Positions 42,329 to 58,720 of a DNA stretch of 64,000 nucleotides are shown here, one piece after another. Position numbers and translations under genes: made by a program. Position 1 is the stretch's first letter, and every line of letters starts with the position of its first letter. Source of the DNA: the human T2T-CHM13v2.0 reference genome, Homo sapiens; the NCBI RefSeq assembly GCF_009914755.1, contig NC_060926.1; one strand, 5' to 3'. The notes under the pieces were generated by a model. That model worked only from the letters and a program-made list of their open reading frames with translations. It did no database searches and was not told where the DNA came from.

Positions 42329-44929
42329 GTATATGGGTGTCCAATTGTTACAACACCTATTGTTTAGGGAAAGACTACCCTTTCTCCCTTGAGTCATCTT
42401 GCACTGTTGTCAGAAATCAATTGGTCACATTTGTGTGGGTCTCTTTCTCAGCTCTATTCTGTTTTGTGTATCTGTCCTTTCCCTATATTACAGAATGTTT
42501 TAATTACTGTTGGTTTTTATGATGTTTTTAAACCTTATGATTTATGATTCTTTCAGTTTTATTCCTCATCAAAATTATTTGGCTATTCTAGTTCCTTTGC
42601 CTTTGGTTTCAGAATCAGTTTGTCTGTATCAGTGCAAAATATCCTGGGGAGGGGTTGATTAGAATTGTGTTAAATCTGTAGATCAGATGAGAAGAATTGA
42701 CATCTTTACTGTGTTGAGTCTTCCAGGCCTTGAATGTGGTAGCTCTCTGCTTATTTACATCTTTTCTTATTTCTTTCATTGTGTTATTAGTTGTACTAAA
42801 GAAGCTCTTGTACATGTTTTGTTAGATTTCATATTTCATTATTTCAGAGCTATTATGATTGGTTTTTAAAATTTTTAGTTTCTGACTGTTCATTGGTAAT
42901 ATATAAAAATATGATTGACTTTTGTGTGTTGACCTGTATCCTGTGACCTTGTAATCTTACTCTTTAGTTGTAAGAGGTTTGCTTGGTAGATTCTTTGGGA
43001 TTTCTGTGTAAATAAATATGTCTGCAAATGGAGATAGTTTTATTTCTTTCTAATTTGTCTGCTTTTTTTTTTTTCTTCTTGCTTCCTTTCACTGGCTAGG
43101 ATGTCAAATACAATGTTGACTAGAAGTGACAAGAGTAAATATCATTGATTCCAATTATAGAGGGGAAAGCATTTTTCCCAACTATAGAGTGAAAGCATTC
43201 AGGCTTTCACCATTAAGCATGACGTTAGCTGTAGGCATGTCCTTTTATGTGATTTGGGTTTGTTTTGCTCTTTTTTTCTTCTAGCGTCTTAAGGTGGACA
43301 GTTAGATTACTGATTTGATAAGTTTCTTTTTTGTTAATATAAGTATTTAATGCCATACATTTTCCTCTGAGCATTGCTTAACTACATCATACAAATGATG
43401 TATTTTTATTTCCTTTTCAGTTCGAGATATTTTCTAACTTCATTTGAGACTTCCTTTTTGACTTGTGGATTACTTATAAGTACATCACTAAATATCTAGA
43501 TTTTTGGAGATTATTTCTGTTATTTATTTGTAATTTAGGTTCATTATGGTCAAACAACATATTTTATGTTGCTTCAGTTCTTTTAAATTTGTTAAGATTT
43601 GTTTTATGGCCTAGGATGTGATCTGTCTTGGTGAACATTTTGCATGTACTTGAAAAGAAAGTGTATTTTGTTTGCTCTTCCTGGGTAGAATGTTTTGTAG
43701 ATGTCAACTAGATACAGTTGGTTGATGGTGTTCTATCTTCTGGTTGATATTTTTGTCTATTAGATTTTTGTTGCATAGTTTTTTGAGAGGAGGGTGTTGA
43801 AATCTCCAACTGTCATTGTAGATTTGTCTGTTTCTCCTTCCAGTTCTGTCTGTTTTTGCTTCATATATTTTGAAGTTCTGTTGTTAGGTGCATACACATT
43901 TAGGATTATATTTTCTTGGTGAATTGGCCTTTTCATTATTATGTTGTGGCTCTTTTTATTCCTGATAATTTTCTTTGCTTTGAAATGTACCTATTTGATA
44001 ATGATATAGCCAGTTCAGGTTTCTTCTTATTAATAGTTCTATGTTATATCTTTTTTCATCCTTTTACTTCTAACCTACTTATCTCATCATATTTGAAATA
44101 AATTTCTTGTAGGTGGCATACAATTGGGTCATCCTTTTCAAAAAAATCTAATAATTTTGTCTTTTATTGGTATTTTTAGGTTATTTACATTTAATATAAT
44201 TACTGATACGTTTAGATTTGGCTCTGCTGTTTTATTATTTGCTTTCTGTTTGTTCTCTTTGTTTATTGTTCCTCTTTTCCCCCTTCCTGCTGTCTTTTGA
44301 GTTATTTAAACAGTTTTTAGTACTCTATTTTAACATAAGTATTTTTCCACCTAAGTGAGTTGTAGAAATCTTAACACCATATGTATTTCTCTGCCTTCTT
44401 TCTTGTTTGTTGTATTGTCTTTTATATTACATCTACATACATATAAAACCCCATCAGACAATTACATAGTTTCTGCTTTGAACCCAATGGGTACTGTTTT
44501 TTTGTTTTTTGTTTTTTTAAACCTCAGCATTCATTGGATGGTTACCATTTCTTTGTTCTTCCTTAATTATAGATAATACATTTTTTCCCTTGATATCATT
44601 TCTCTTCTATCCTTTAGTAACTCCTTCAGAGTGGATCTGCTGGTAATGAATTCTCATAATTTTACCTTTATTCAAAAGTGTCCTCATTTTACTTACTTCC
44701 CTAGAGTCTGAGTTGACAATTATTTTCTTTCAACCCTTTAAAAATGTGCTGTTTCCTTTCGAACTGCATTGTTTCTGGTTAGAAATTTATAGGCAGTCAA
44801 ATTACTATTCCCCTATAAGTAATGCGTCACTTTTTTTTTTCTTGCTACTGTCAAAATTTTTCGTTTTTATTTTTTACCTGTTTGACTATGATATGTCTGG
44901 GCATGGATTTCTTTGGGTTTATTTAAAAA

Positions 44930-45231
<302 letters not shown>

Positions 45232-45541
45232 CTCTTTGGGTTTATTCTACTTGGTTTCTCTGTGCTTCTAGAATCTGATATACACTGTATCTTTTACTAA
45301 CTTTGTTAAAGTTTTCAGCCGTTATTTCCTCAAATATTTTTCTCCATTGCTGTCTTTCACTCTCCTTTCAGGATACCAGTGACACGAATGTCAGACCTTT
45401 TGATATCCCAAAGGTTCTTATGGCTCTCTGTTCACTATTTTTCTCTTTGTTGTTCAGATTAGATCATTTCTACCAGTCTATCTTCAAGTTCACTGACTTT
45501 CCTATGTCATCTCCATTTTGCTTATTAAGCCCATCCAGTGA

Positions 45542-46151
<610 letters not shown>

Positions 46152-47399
46152 TAATTCAAATACTGTGTCATCTCAGTGTTGGTGTCTGTTTATTGTCCCA
46201 TGCAAGTTGATATTTTCTGGGTCCTTCATATTCTAAGTAATTTTAGATTGCATCCTGGGCATCTTCAATATTACATTATAAGACTCTGGATCTTACTTAA
46301 ATTCCATGGAGAATGTTGCTATTTGTGTTTTAGCAGTCAGTTGAGTCTGTTGGGTTCAACCTTCAAGTTGCAGCCAGCTTTCTGTGGGTGGTGATTTCAA
46401 TGTCAGTTTGTTTTCAAAGCCTGTAGTGCTTCGCTGTTTGGGTCTGTCCTATATGCAGTATCAGTCTGATACTGTTCCAGTCAGTTCGAGATAGGTGGTA
46501 ATCTCTCTCTTAGTTCAGTTCTCATAGTTTTTGGTTTGCTGTTTAGGTTGAGATCCATGCCATGTTCAGCTCTGGGATGAAGCCAGGAGTTTATAATCAA
46601 CTTTATGGATTCACTTTGCTGTGAGTTCCTCCCTCTCAGCAATTTCCTTTATACTTTCTGCTGCCGACCTCTTTTCAGTCCTTGAGAGGAAAAGCTGGGT
46701 CTTTTTCTACTCTGCTCACTTCCTGTGATTGCACCCACATCCAGGGCTAAGTGGTAGGAGTACAGAGAGGAAAAAAAAGTTGATGGAGAGAGGTTGCCTA
46801 CTCTCTTGAAACAACAGCTTCTGGGATAGTGGAGGAATGTTTCCCTCCCTCAGAGTTTTAGGTACCTGTGGGCGCCCAACTGTTAACTGCCAGGATCCTT
46901 TTCCCAGTTTCTTAAGCCTGAACTGGAGGGCTTCTCCTGGATCTCTGCATTGATTTCCACTTCCAGGTTTCCCCCAAGTCCAGGTGGCAGGATACAAGAG
47001 GAGAAAAAAGTAAACTTACCACTGGTTCCATGCTACCATTGAATTTTGATATTTTGCCATCTACCTCCCACCATTTACTTTTCAGAATCTTTAAATAGCT
47101 GCTCCAAGCATTCTGGGGTTTTATAGCTATATTCAGTAGGAGAGACAGGATGGAGTGTTTTTACTCTATCTTGGTTTGCATTGAAGCAATGTGTACTGTT
47201 AAGTATGATATTCATTTATTCATAAGCCAGCACACGTAGCTATCATTTGAGTGCTTACTATGTATTGGGCACTTATTACATATATTATTTGTTTAATTCT
47301 CCAATAATTTTCCTCATTTTAGGCATGAGGAAATTTAAGGGTAAAACTGTTTACCTGTGTCCATAGATGTTAAATACAAGCAGGGATTTTTATTTCTTC

Positions 47400-47686
47400 C
47401 TTTTCAAGATAGAATCTTGCTCTGTCACCTAGGCTGGAGTGCAATGCTGCTATCTCAGTCACTGTGACCTCCACCTCCTGGGTTCAAACCATTCTCCTGC
47501 CTCAGCCTCCCGAATAGCTGGGACTACAAGTGTGTGCCACCATGCCCGGCTAATTTTTGTATTCTTAGTAGAGATGGGGCTTCTCCATGTTGGCCAGACT
47601 GGTCTTGAACTCCTGACCTCAAAGTGATTCGTCCATCTCGGCCTCCCAAAGTGCTGGGATTATAGGCATGAGCCACCACGCTGGCC
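47400..47686 (-). mobile_element. Alu (AluS-like) inserted in a MIR
   Basis: Full dimer. Degenerate TSD GATTT(T/G)TATTTCT. Confidence 0.93.
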
Positions 47687-47735
47687 AGCGATTTGTATTT
47701 CTGACCCCCAAAGCTTTTCCATTTGCCTCTAAGCC

Positions 47736-47918
47736 AGTGGTTCTCAAAGTGTGGTACCAGGGCTAGCATCGTCAGAATCAACCTGGGAACTTGTTAGACA
47801 CACAAAATTTCTGGCTCTACCTCAGATCTACTGAATCAGAAATTCTGGGAGTGAGACCCCATAATTCGTTTTGACAAGCCGTCTGTTATCCTGATACATG
47901 CTTAATTTGAGAACCATT
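47736..47918. mobile_element. MER5A hAT MITE
   Basis: CAGTGGTTCTCAAAGTGTGG...CTACTGAATCAGAAATTCTGGG...TTTGAGAACCA. Confidence 0.85.
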
Positions 47919-48164
47919 TATCTGTGCTGTATAACTTCACAAGCACTATGTGTGGTTTAGTTTCTTAGCAAAACCTTAATATAAGAAACTAGTTTTTCAC
48001 CATTGTTTGAGACATATGCTATATGCTAAAATCTAATTTTTTACTAACATCACTGACATATAGCTTGAAATTCACACTGTGTTACTCAAGATAACAGTAG
48101 TTAAAATATAAATACTGTGACTTAAAAAATTTAAATGTATGCATATAATAGGGGATCCAAAAGT

Positions 48165-48979
48165 AGCCATAGTTGCTTAACAACAGGGATACGTTCTGGG
48201 AAGTATGTCATTAAGCGATTTCATTGTTCGACCATCATAGACAAGACTCACACAAACCTAGATGGTATAGCGTACTATACACCTAGGCCGTATAGCGTAG
48301 CCTGTTGCTCGTAGGCTACAAACCTGTATAGCCTGTTACTGTACTGAATACTCTAGACAGTTGTATCACAATGGTAAGTATTTATGTATCTAAACATCTA
48401 TACACAAAGGGTACAGTAAAAATACAGTATAAAATATTTTTAAATGGCACACCTGTATAGGGCACTTGTTTTGAATGGAGCTTGCAGGACTGGAAGTTGC
48501 CCTGGGTGAGTGAGTGAGTGAGTGGTGTGTGAATGTGAAGGCCTAGAACATTACTGTATTGTAGACCTTATAAACACTGTACAGTTAGTCTACACTAAAT
48601 TTACTTAAAAATCTCTTTCTTCAATAACAAATTGACCTTTAGCTTCCTTTAACTTTTTTACTTTGTAGACTTTTTAATTCTTTATAACTTTTTGCCTATT
48701 TTGTAGTAGTACTTGTTTTAAAACACAAACATATACAGCTGTACAAAAATGTTTTTTCTTTATATCCTTATTCTATAAGCTTTTTTCTGTTTTTAAATTT
48801 TTAGCTTTTTTGTTAAAGACTAAGATACAAACACACACATTGTCCTGAGCATACACTTGGTTAGGATCATCTAGACATCATTAGAATAGGAGTTTTTCAG
48901 CTCTGTTATGATCTTAAAGGACCACCATCATATATGCCGTCTCTCATTGACCCAAACATCATTATGCAGCACATGACTG
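48165..48979. mobile_element. Tigger3 (Golem/MER7) DNA transposon
   Basis: GCTTAACAACAGGGATACGTTCTG...CACAAACCTAGATGGTATAGC. Ends ATGCAGCACATGACTG-TA. Confidence 0.85.
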
Positions 48980-49145
48980 TATATGTAAAGAAATCAATCT
49001 TAGATACGGATTTTGGCCAACAAATCACTTCACATCTGGTAACTACTATGCCATGTAATGCTCGGTATTTTAAGTTTCAGGATATTAATACTGTTTGTCC
49101 TAGATTTCAGGGTAAAACTTTTGAGATTGGCTTAGATTAAGATTA

Positions 49146-49471
<326 letters not shown>

Positions 49472-49950
49472 TCATACAATTTTTTCCCATGAAATATTAA
49501 ATGTATAACTAAATTTAATTTGCATATTCCTAGAAGGCATTTTATATACACTTGCTAATTGATGGGAAAAAATCTATCAATCACATTTCCGGAGTCTGCT
49601 TTATTAATCAGTCTATAATTCTCATTTACCTTGAAGTATATGTAGGCTAGGATATCGGATTAGTAGGTATATTCAGATATGAAGGTTAATTATGGACCAT
49701 TGTCTCTTTTGTGTTACATTTTGGGGTCAGAAACACTTGTGTTTAAGTCCGAGCTCTCCTTTTACTAATAAGGTTGGTGGGGGTTTGGAGCACAGCAGGT
49801 GTTACTAATTCTCCATTGTAGAAGTAGGCTTTATAGCCATTCTTTTTATATTCGATTTTAAGTCCATTACTCCATTGTGTCTGCATTAGCAAGATGCGTA
49901 CCATCTGCTGGATACTCTTCAAGGAGTATCAGTACTAAGGTGGAAAGGGC

Positions 49951-50322
49951 TGCTGTAGACTGAATGTTCGTATTCCCCCCAAAATTCATATGTTGAAACC
50001 TAATCCCCAGTGTGATTATATAAGGAGGTGGAGCCTTTGAGATGTGATTAAGTTATGAGGATGATACCCTCATGAATGGGATTCGTGCCTTTGTACGGAG
50101 CTGAAAAGATGAGAGTTCTCCTTCCACCATGTGAGGTTACAGTGAGAAGATGGCCATCTCTGAACCAGGAAGCAGGTCCTCACCAGACACCAAATCTGCC
50201 AGTGCTGTGATGATCTTAGACTTTCAGCCTCCAGAACTATGAGAAATACATTTCTTTTGTGTATAAACCACCCTGTTTATGGTGTTTTCGTTATGACAGC
50301 CAGAAAATACTAATACTAAGAC
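49951..50322. mobile_element. MLT1A/MST-type MaLR LTR
   Basis: CCCCAAAATTCATATGTTGAAACCTAATCCCCA...CTCACCAGACACC...CAGCCTCCAGAACTATGAGAAATA. Confidence 0.85.
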
Positions 50323-50510
50323 AAGGACCCTGCCCTCAAGGAGTTTACTGTCTATTGAAATAAACAGGAAAGGACTTACGCAAAAATGTGATTCTTATGA
50401 CACAGATATGTACAAAGGACTGTGGATGTGGTATGTTGGAGCCAGGTTTGGCCAGTAGAACTGAACTGTTGTTGGTACATATACCACAGAAACCAGCAAA
50501 ATACTGCGTC

Positions 50511-51070
50511 CAGTCAGTTCTGCTATAATGAGATGTATACATTCTTAAAAATCACCAAGTGTAGGGAGAAATAAGATTGAGGCACAACCCATAAAAGTTT
50601 CATCAGTAACACATTTTTAAAAGAAATAGGAACCTAATAAAAATGATAGCACCATTTTAACAGTTTTACATAAGAGAAACATAAAAACTACAATAAATAT
50701 GGCACTTTACCTTAAAAAAGACCTGAAGTTTGCATGTGAAGGTAGTCATGGGAAAAGTTGCCTCTTGTGAGATACTGTGAAATGGTGGAAGGACAGTTGC
50801 CTAAAATCTGAGGAAAAGTTAACACCAGATGTGGATGGCTGTGGCTGGTAACTTAAGAGATGTACTGAGGTAGCTAGGAGATGTTTGAGGTATATGTGTT
50901 GTGTATTCCTATGTTCAGGCTCTGTGGCTGGATGCAGTTTTATTTCATTCATCTAGTGTTAAATGGCACATAAGAAAATGGGATTCATGTGTTCATGTTG
51001 TGCCCTAGTGTAACCAGCACATTGAAACAAATTGTAGTTTTCAAAACAAACATTATAGTAGAACTGACTG
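50511..51070. mobile_element. Tigger-family MITE (Tigger13a-like)
   Basis: 19/20 terminal inverted repeats CAGTCAGTTCTGCTATAATG / CATTATAGTAGAACTGACTG. TA on the right flank. Confidence 0.8.
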
Positions 51071-51917
51071 TATCAGGGCTTTTATTCCATTCCGAGAGCA
51101 CACCACTGGAAGGAGCTGTCAGTCAGCCTGGAGGAGTCTTGGATGCCTTTACAGGGAAGATGATGAGTGAACTGAGACTTGCCGAATGAGTGTAGTAATG
51201 TTTTTGCTAGGTATAGTGTAAGTAGAGGGAGGGCATTCCAAGCAGAGGGAACAGCAGCTTGTGGAATAGCATGCAGAAGGAAGCCTGGTGTCTCCAGAAA
51301 ACTCCTATGTAGTTTGAACTTGGAAAGAAAAAGAAACACTGTTAATGAAACTTAGTGGTTAGGCAGGAGCCAAATTCATCATGGCCCAATGTGCCACTTG
51401 AAAGAATTTACATTTTATCCTTCAAGGGGTAGAGACCACTGAAGAATTTTGAACAGAAACTATTTCCCAGTGCTGATTTATGTAACACTCCTGGAGACAG
51501 TATGGAAGATAGTTTGAAGCAGGCCCAGCTGGGCTCTGAGAATCTGGAGGTAAGGAAGAACCAATGTGTATCTTTAATAGGCTTGACCCCTTTGAGAATA
51601 TTATAAAAGCTATAGATGCTCACTGGCAACTGTGTCCTTTCTTTGTTCCTAGAAATCATTATCACTGTAATTTCATCTCTTGATATTAAGGGCCAAGGCC
51701 ATGCGAGTTAGTCTTTTATATGGTGATGAGTTAGGTGAATTTATAATCAACTTTCACAATAGCTGGTTTCACTGTTAGCTTTATTCTTACAATGTTTAAA
51801 AATCGTGTGGTGAATCATAATTGGAGAGATTTTAACATCTTAATGTGTATCCACTGGCAAATAATTACGTGGGTCAAAGGCCTGTTTACATACTAGATTC
51901 CTATTTTTGCCCAAATT

Positions 51918-52256
<339 letters not shown>

Positions 52257-52257
52257 T

Positions 52258-52428
52258 AGTTGGGTGTGGGGCCCATGCCTGTAATTCCAGCACTTTGGGA
52301 AACTGAAGTGGGGGGATCACATGAGTCCAGGAGGTCGAGGCTGCAGTGATCCTGGATTGCACCAGCCTAGGTGACACAGTGAAACTGAGACCCTGTCTCA
52401 AAAAAAAAAAAGAAAAAAAAAAAAAAAG
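52258..52428 (+). mobile_element. Alu monomer (FRAM/FAM-like or deleted AluJ)
   Basis: Single diverged monomer with long A tail. Confidence 0.8.
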
Positions 52429-53914
52429 GAATAACCATTGTAAGGGATGAATAAATAATAAGCAAGTAAAATTCAAGGTTAAAAAAAGCTATAACATTCT
52501 TTCAAGCAAAAGTTACAAATAGATACGAATGATTTGAATAACATCTAAATGAAGAAAGCCATGTATCTCACTCTTTAAAAAATCAGTATTTTCCCACAGT
52601 GCTCCTTAGCAAGTGTTTTGGTGCCTGTTACAGAGTAAGGTGCTGAGAAAACTCATAATCTGGTTGAAGATACTAATGACACACCAAGAGTAATTGAAAG
52701 CAGGAATATCAGGTTAAAACATAAAAACCATGTCCTACAGTTTTCTAGTTAATAAACTGTCCCACACTCCATTTAGGATGTAATCAGTATGCAGTAACTA
52801 TTTATTAAAAGACTGAAATGTAGTACTTAACGGAGAGTTAGAAAGAAATAATGGAAACGTTGTGGGACTTCTTGGAATTTTCTGATCTTTGACACTTTGG
52901 ACAGTATAATTAATGGATTATGGATTCACAGAGGCCATATACCCTTTCAGTAATTTGTCTCTGATACTTCTGTGGAGCAATAGTTGGTGCTGTTTTTTAT
53001 TTTCTTAATAGGACACTGGTGGTTTTTTTTAATTAGAAAACTAAAATTTACAAAAATATTATACAGTCATTGCAGAAAATGAATGCCACTTGTATGAATA
53101 AAAATTAAAGCTCTTAATAACCTTTAAAAGCACTGATTTTTCTTTATAACCCTTTGAGAGGGGTCAGATCATCAAATACCAAGTTTCTGGTACTGTTCAG
53201 CTATCACTTACTAACCTATGACAGCCATTTGTGAAAGGAAACCTGCATACAGGTATAGGCATATAATAAAAAGGAATTTTATTATTGATAGATGGTTACA
53301 GTTATACAATAATTCATTGGCCTTAGTTCACTTTAATAGGCAGATATTTGAATCCTTACTTAATCTAGCCATTACCGAAGTATACATTTATCCATATTCT
53401 TCTCCCTTAACTCTCAGAATCATAATCTTTTCTTCATGTCATATTTCTTCTAGTCCTCAATATTTACTAAAATAATAATGTACCCTTCTCTTACAGAAAT
53501 AAGATTTTTTTTTTCCTGAACCCCTGTCCTCATCATACCCAATCCATACTGCTTTGATTGTCTTCCAGCTGAGCCATTTGGTTCTTCTAGCATATGCAGA
53601 GAAATGAAGTCTTAGTCATTGAATAAGACCACATCCAGGAATAAAAGCACCTTTTAAACATGGCATGGAAGACGCTTGAGAGTCTCTCTCTTCCCCACTT
53701 TTCAGGTTGCTTTGTCTTTTACTTGACATCATCCGCCCCATACATCAGCCATCTGAATCATTTTCCATCTTTTGGAGAGCCAGGCCCTTTCCGGAGTCCA
53801 TGCCTTTGCGGTATCTGCCTGAAATTCCATTTTCCACTTGGCACATAGCTATTCAGTCATTAAAACCTAGCTCATGATCACCTTTTCTGCGAAGCCTTTC
53901 CTGATCCCCTGCAT

Positions 53915-54320
53915 TAGTTAGGATTAGTTGGGTACGGTAGCAAGTAACAGAGACTTCAAAATAAGGATGGCCTAAAAATGAGAATTTATTTCCTATCAAA
54001 GTTCAGAGTTTGCAGTGTAGGGCTAAAATGACAGCTCTGCTCCACGAAGTAATTTTCAGCTCATGGCTTTGGAAGCTCTCAGATTTGACCCTTGTCCTTA
54101 TGGTTCAAAATTGAGGTGTCTTTGTTTTAAGCAGCAGTATGGAAGAAAAAAGAGACAAAGGGCATACACCAGCTGTTTCTTTAAAAAGCTTCCCTAAAGC
54201 CTCCCACACCATGTATCTGGTTGCATCTCATTGGCCAGAACTTAGTCCATGGCCACAAGGAAGGTTATATTATTATGGAAGAAAAGAGAACAGGTATGGG
54301 GACAATTGGCAGTCTGCCAC
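53915..54320. mobile_element. MLT1-family MaLR LTR inserted in L2
   Basis: GCAAGTAACAGA...TCTCATTGGCCAGAACTTAGTC motifs. L2 pieces on both sides. Confidence 0.55.
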
Positions 54321-54769
54321 ATTACTCCAACTAGAGGTAGTTGCTTTGCACTTTGTGTTCCCAGAGCACTCTAATTATTTCACATTTAGGCTATATTGTC
54401 ATTTGCCTTCTCTGCTTGATTCTGGACTTATCAGAGACTGTGTTTTTCATCTTTTTATCTCTAGCACTTTACATAAAGCTTAGCACATAGTCCATGTTCA
54501 TACTTGTTGAATGAATGGATAAAGACATTTGGGAAGAGTACAGCAAAAATATCAGACATAAGCAGATGGCAGTATTTAAATACCCATGTGTACAAAGATA
54601 ATTGCTTATGTAGACATTGATGTCTTTTCTTATACTTAATTTTTTTCCTATTTTCTCCATTATGTGAAAAGAATAGACACAGTCAATAGTAGAGGGCATG
54701 CCTCAAAATTGACCACACAGAACATAGAGTTATTTAAAAAGTAATATGATTCTCTGTGTTATACTTTAT

Positions 54770-55580
<811 letters not shown>

Positions 55581-55617
55581 CCCTAAACACCTATTACCCA
55601 CAAACACAAGCCACATA

Positions 55618-55843
55618 CAGGTTGGTATCCCTTACCTGAAATGCTTGGGACCAGAAGTGTTTTGGATTTCAGATTTTTTTTTTTTTAATATTTGCATTAT
55701 GTTTACTAGTTGGGCATCCCTAATGTGGAAATTCGAAATGTTCCAGTGAACATTTCCTTTGAGCATTATGTAGGCACTCAAAAAGTTTCAGAGTTTGGAC
55801 CATTTTGAATTTCAGATTTTTGGATTTAGGGATGCTCAACCTG
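55618..55843. mobile_element. Tigger4a (MER46A/Zombi) MITE
   Basis: TA-flanked. CAGGTTGGTATCCC...AAATGCTTGGGACCAGAAGTGTTTTGGATTTC...GGGATGCTCAACCTG. Confidence 0.85.
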
Positions 55844-58309
55844 TACTCACATAGCTTCTTGAAAGGAAATTTAAGAAAAGTACACTCACCTATATTAAGA
55901 ACTTATTTTTCTAGCAAGTAATTTATCACCTCTCCCAATCTTAGCTTCTGAAATGTAAACTAAGAAAGTTATGAAGAACATTATCCAGGTGTTAAATCTT
56001 AAAAGTAGATCCAAGAGTGGAATTAGAGAAATACAGTGGCCTTTCACAATAAAAGACTAGATTTTAAGAGTCTCTTAATTATTTGGTGAGAGACACAGGA
56101 CAGTACAATCTGTGAATTTCTATTCTTTTGAACTATGGAGATTTTATCATGACTGGACAATGAGAAGAAATGTTATAGCTGTAGCTTGATGGTTTTGCTT
56201 TTATAAAATTCTTCTGGTATTGAAGAGAAAAAGATTATTAATGGGTAAAGTAAGAAAAATTAACTCCATTCCTACTGGGTGACTTTTATTATCAGATAGC
56301 AATCTGATAACTGATTATTATTAGTTTGGTGACAATAATTATTTTTGGATGCTTGGTTGCTAATAATTTGCCTGATGCCTAGAAAATTCTGATTTGGGGT
56401 CTGTATTCTAGTGGGCATATAGCCCAAATTAGCAATCAGATTCTTCTACTAAAATTATCTGATCAAGCTTTCAGATAATTCATGCATTTACATAGAATAC
56501 ATATCAGTGGTTTAAACAGAATTTCACAGACGCTTTCCCATTGAAGCTGATTGTTTGGCAAAATGGTGAGTCATGCTTTACTGGCCAACTCACACACCAG
56601 TTGTTGATATAATCAGTTACCTGAGCCAAGATCAAAGCAGCAGAATAGAAGATAGTACCTTGGCTCTGATACCTTTCTGTCCTTTCTAAAAAAAAAAAAA
56701 ACTGGGATGTAAATTTCCATCCCTCTCCTATGTGCTTTGGGTTTTAAGAAGCAATATAAGACCATTTTTTATCTTTAGAATCTTACAGTTGTAGAGATAA
56801 AATTGATATGCTTGAAATGATCTGAAAAGGTGAGAACAAATTGTGGTGTTAACTATAAACCCTTTTAGAGAAATCAACAGGGAGACATTTGAACTTGATG
56901 TAGATGTTAAAATTAGAATTGAATGGTAGAGGGCCAACTAAGGGAGGTATTTCAGAGTAAGGAGAAATTAGTTTGGATAAAGCAGGGCCTGATTATGGGT
57001 GGTAATGAGTGAATGTGAGGCGCAAGATGCTCAAACTGTTGAATGTTCCTAAAAGAAACAGAATCTGGCAGTATAATGAGTCCAGGAAGACAGGAGAGAG
57101 ACTAAGGTGTTGTAGAAATCTAGGAATGAGACAAAAATCTGGACAAAGTTACTGGCAGTGAAAGTAGACAGAAAAGGTACACTGGAGGGACATCTTGAAA
57201 AAAGAAACTGTTGAACTAGGTAACATTAAATATGGTGGTATTAAGTGGAGGAAGAGCAAGATACTCTAAGATTTTCCCAAGAAATCAAGTACAATCCTGG
57301 TAAATAACATTTCAAGTACAAACCTGGGGAGACATATTGTTAATTTTGGATATAGTTAATTTGAGGTCCGATGGAGAATAGCCAGATTGGGACAGACTTT
57401 TAGGCTGTTAGTGGACTGAAGAGTGTGTGTTGAATGTGTGGACCCAAGTGTGTTTCCCATACACATCCAGTTGTATTTGAGGAGGTGAAAATTGGTCCTA
57501 GAGAATATTTGTTTATAACTGTAAAGGTAGGAACATATGTTCTCATAGCTTCTATGTATGTGTTAAAAAATCTTTAAGTCAAATAAAATTTTTTTCCCAT
57601 TAGCATCATTTCACTTGAAGGAACTAGGTTGGTTAAATAGATGAAGTTCATCAATCACATCCAGGAAACTGAAGTTTTTTCCCATACAGTCAAATAAGAG
57701 AGCTAGTAAGCTGCATTTTGCTAGCAGTAAGTAAGATGCAGAACCAGGATAAGAACGCAGATTCTTTAAGGAACATCTTGGAATAAACATTGTGGCTGAA
57801 TAATGTCATATCAATGAGCATTATATTCTTAAATATTGTAAATTATTGAACTATTTAACACGTTTAATTTTTACACCATTTGAAGTAATGTACCAGTAGA
57901 AAGTGGATGCTTCATGTTTTTCTTTGGTAGAATATTTAATTGGGTCGACTGTGCCAAATTTTATTTGTGGCTTTCTCTCTCAGAATGGCTCTTTTTGTTA
58001 ATAGCAAAACATACATAACCATATGGAGTCAAAGAGAAAAAAAACTTGGCAGAAGACTATATCCATTGTTATTGGATTGTAAATTGTCATAAGATGTAAT
58101 ATCTTACAGGAATGATAGTTCGAAAGGTAATATAATTAGAGAAATAATAGTCTTGTGTAGGGGTGAACTATTATTGGAGTTTCACTGAAGGATACCTGAG
58201 GTGGTTGTTAGTAGCACTTTGCGAGTGCCTCCAAGTACAAGTACAGTACTGCTTTCTGCTTTCTTTGTTGTCTGTCTTGCGTATGCTGCTTTTTGGTTAT
58301 TCTCCTTTT

Positions 58310-58720
58310 CTGTAGTAAAATGTAACCCATATATAAAAGAATAAATACATTATAAAGATACAGTTTAATGAGTAATTATAAAGCATATTTGCTACCCAGA
58401 TTAAGAAATAGAATATTGCCAGTGAACCAGAAGCCTGCTGTGTGCCCTTTCCCAGTCATACTCCATCTGTCCCCACCCCATCGCATCCCCCAGAAGTAAC
58501 CATATTCTTACTTTTGTGAACATCATTTTTTCTTTCTCTTTAAACTTTTACCATCTATATATGCATCCCTAAATGGTATAGTTTAGTTTTGCCTCTTTTG
58601 TACACATGTCTACACACATATGTATACATGTCAGTATTCGTGTGTATATTTTTATTTCTCTAATCCATTGTGCATATACTATTCCATTGTATCAATATAC
58701 TATAAGATATTTATTCTGCT
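58310..58720 (-). mobile_element. Old L1 (L1ME-type) 3' fragment
   Basis: CCCAGATTAAGAAATAGAATATTGCCAG...CCCCAGAAGTAACC...TATGCATCCCTAAA. Confidence 0.6.
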
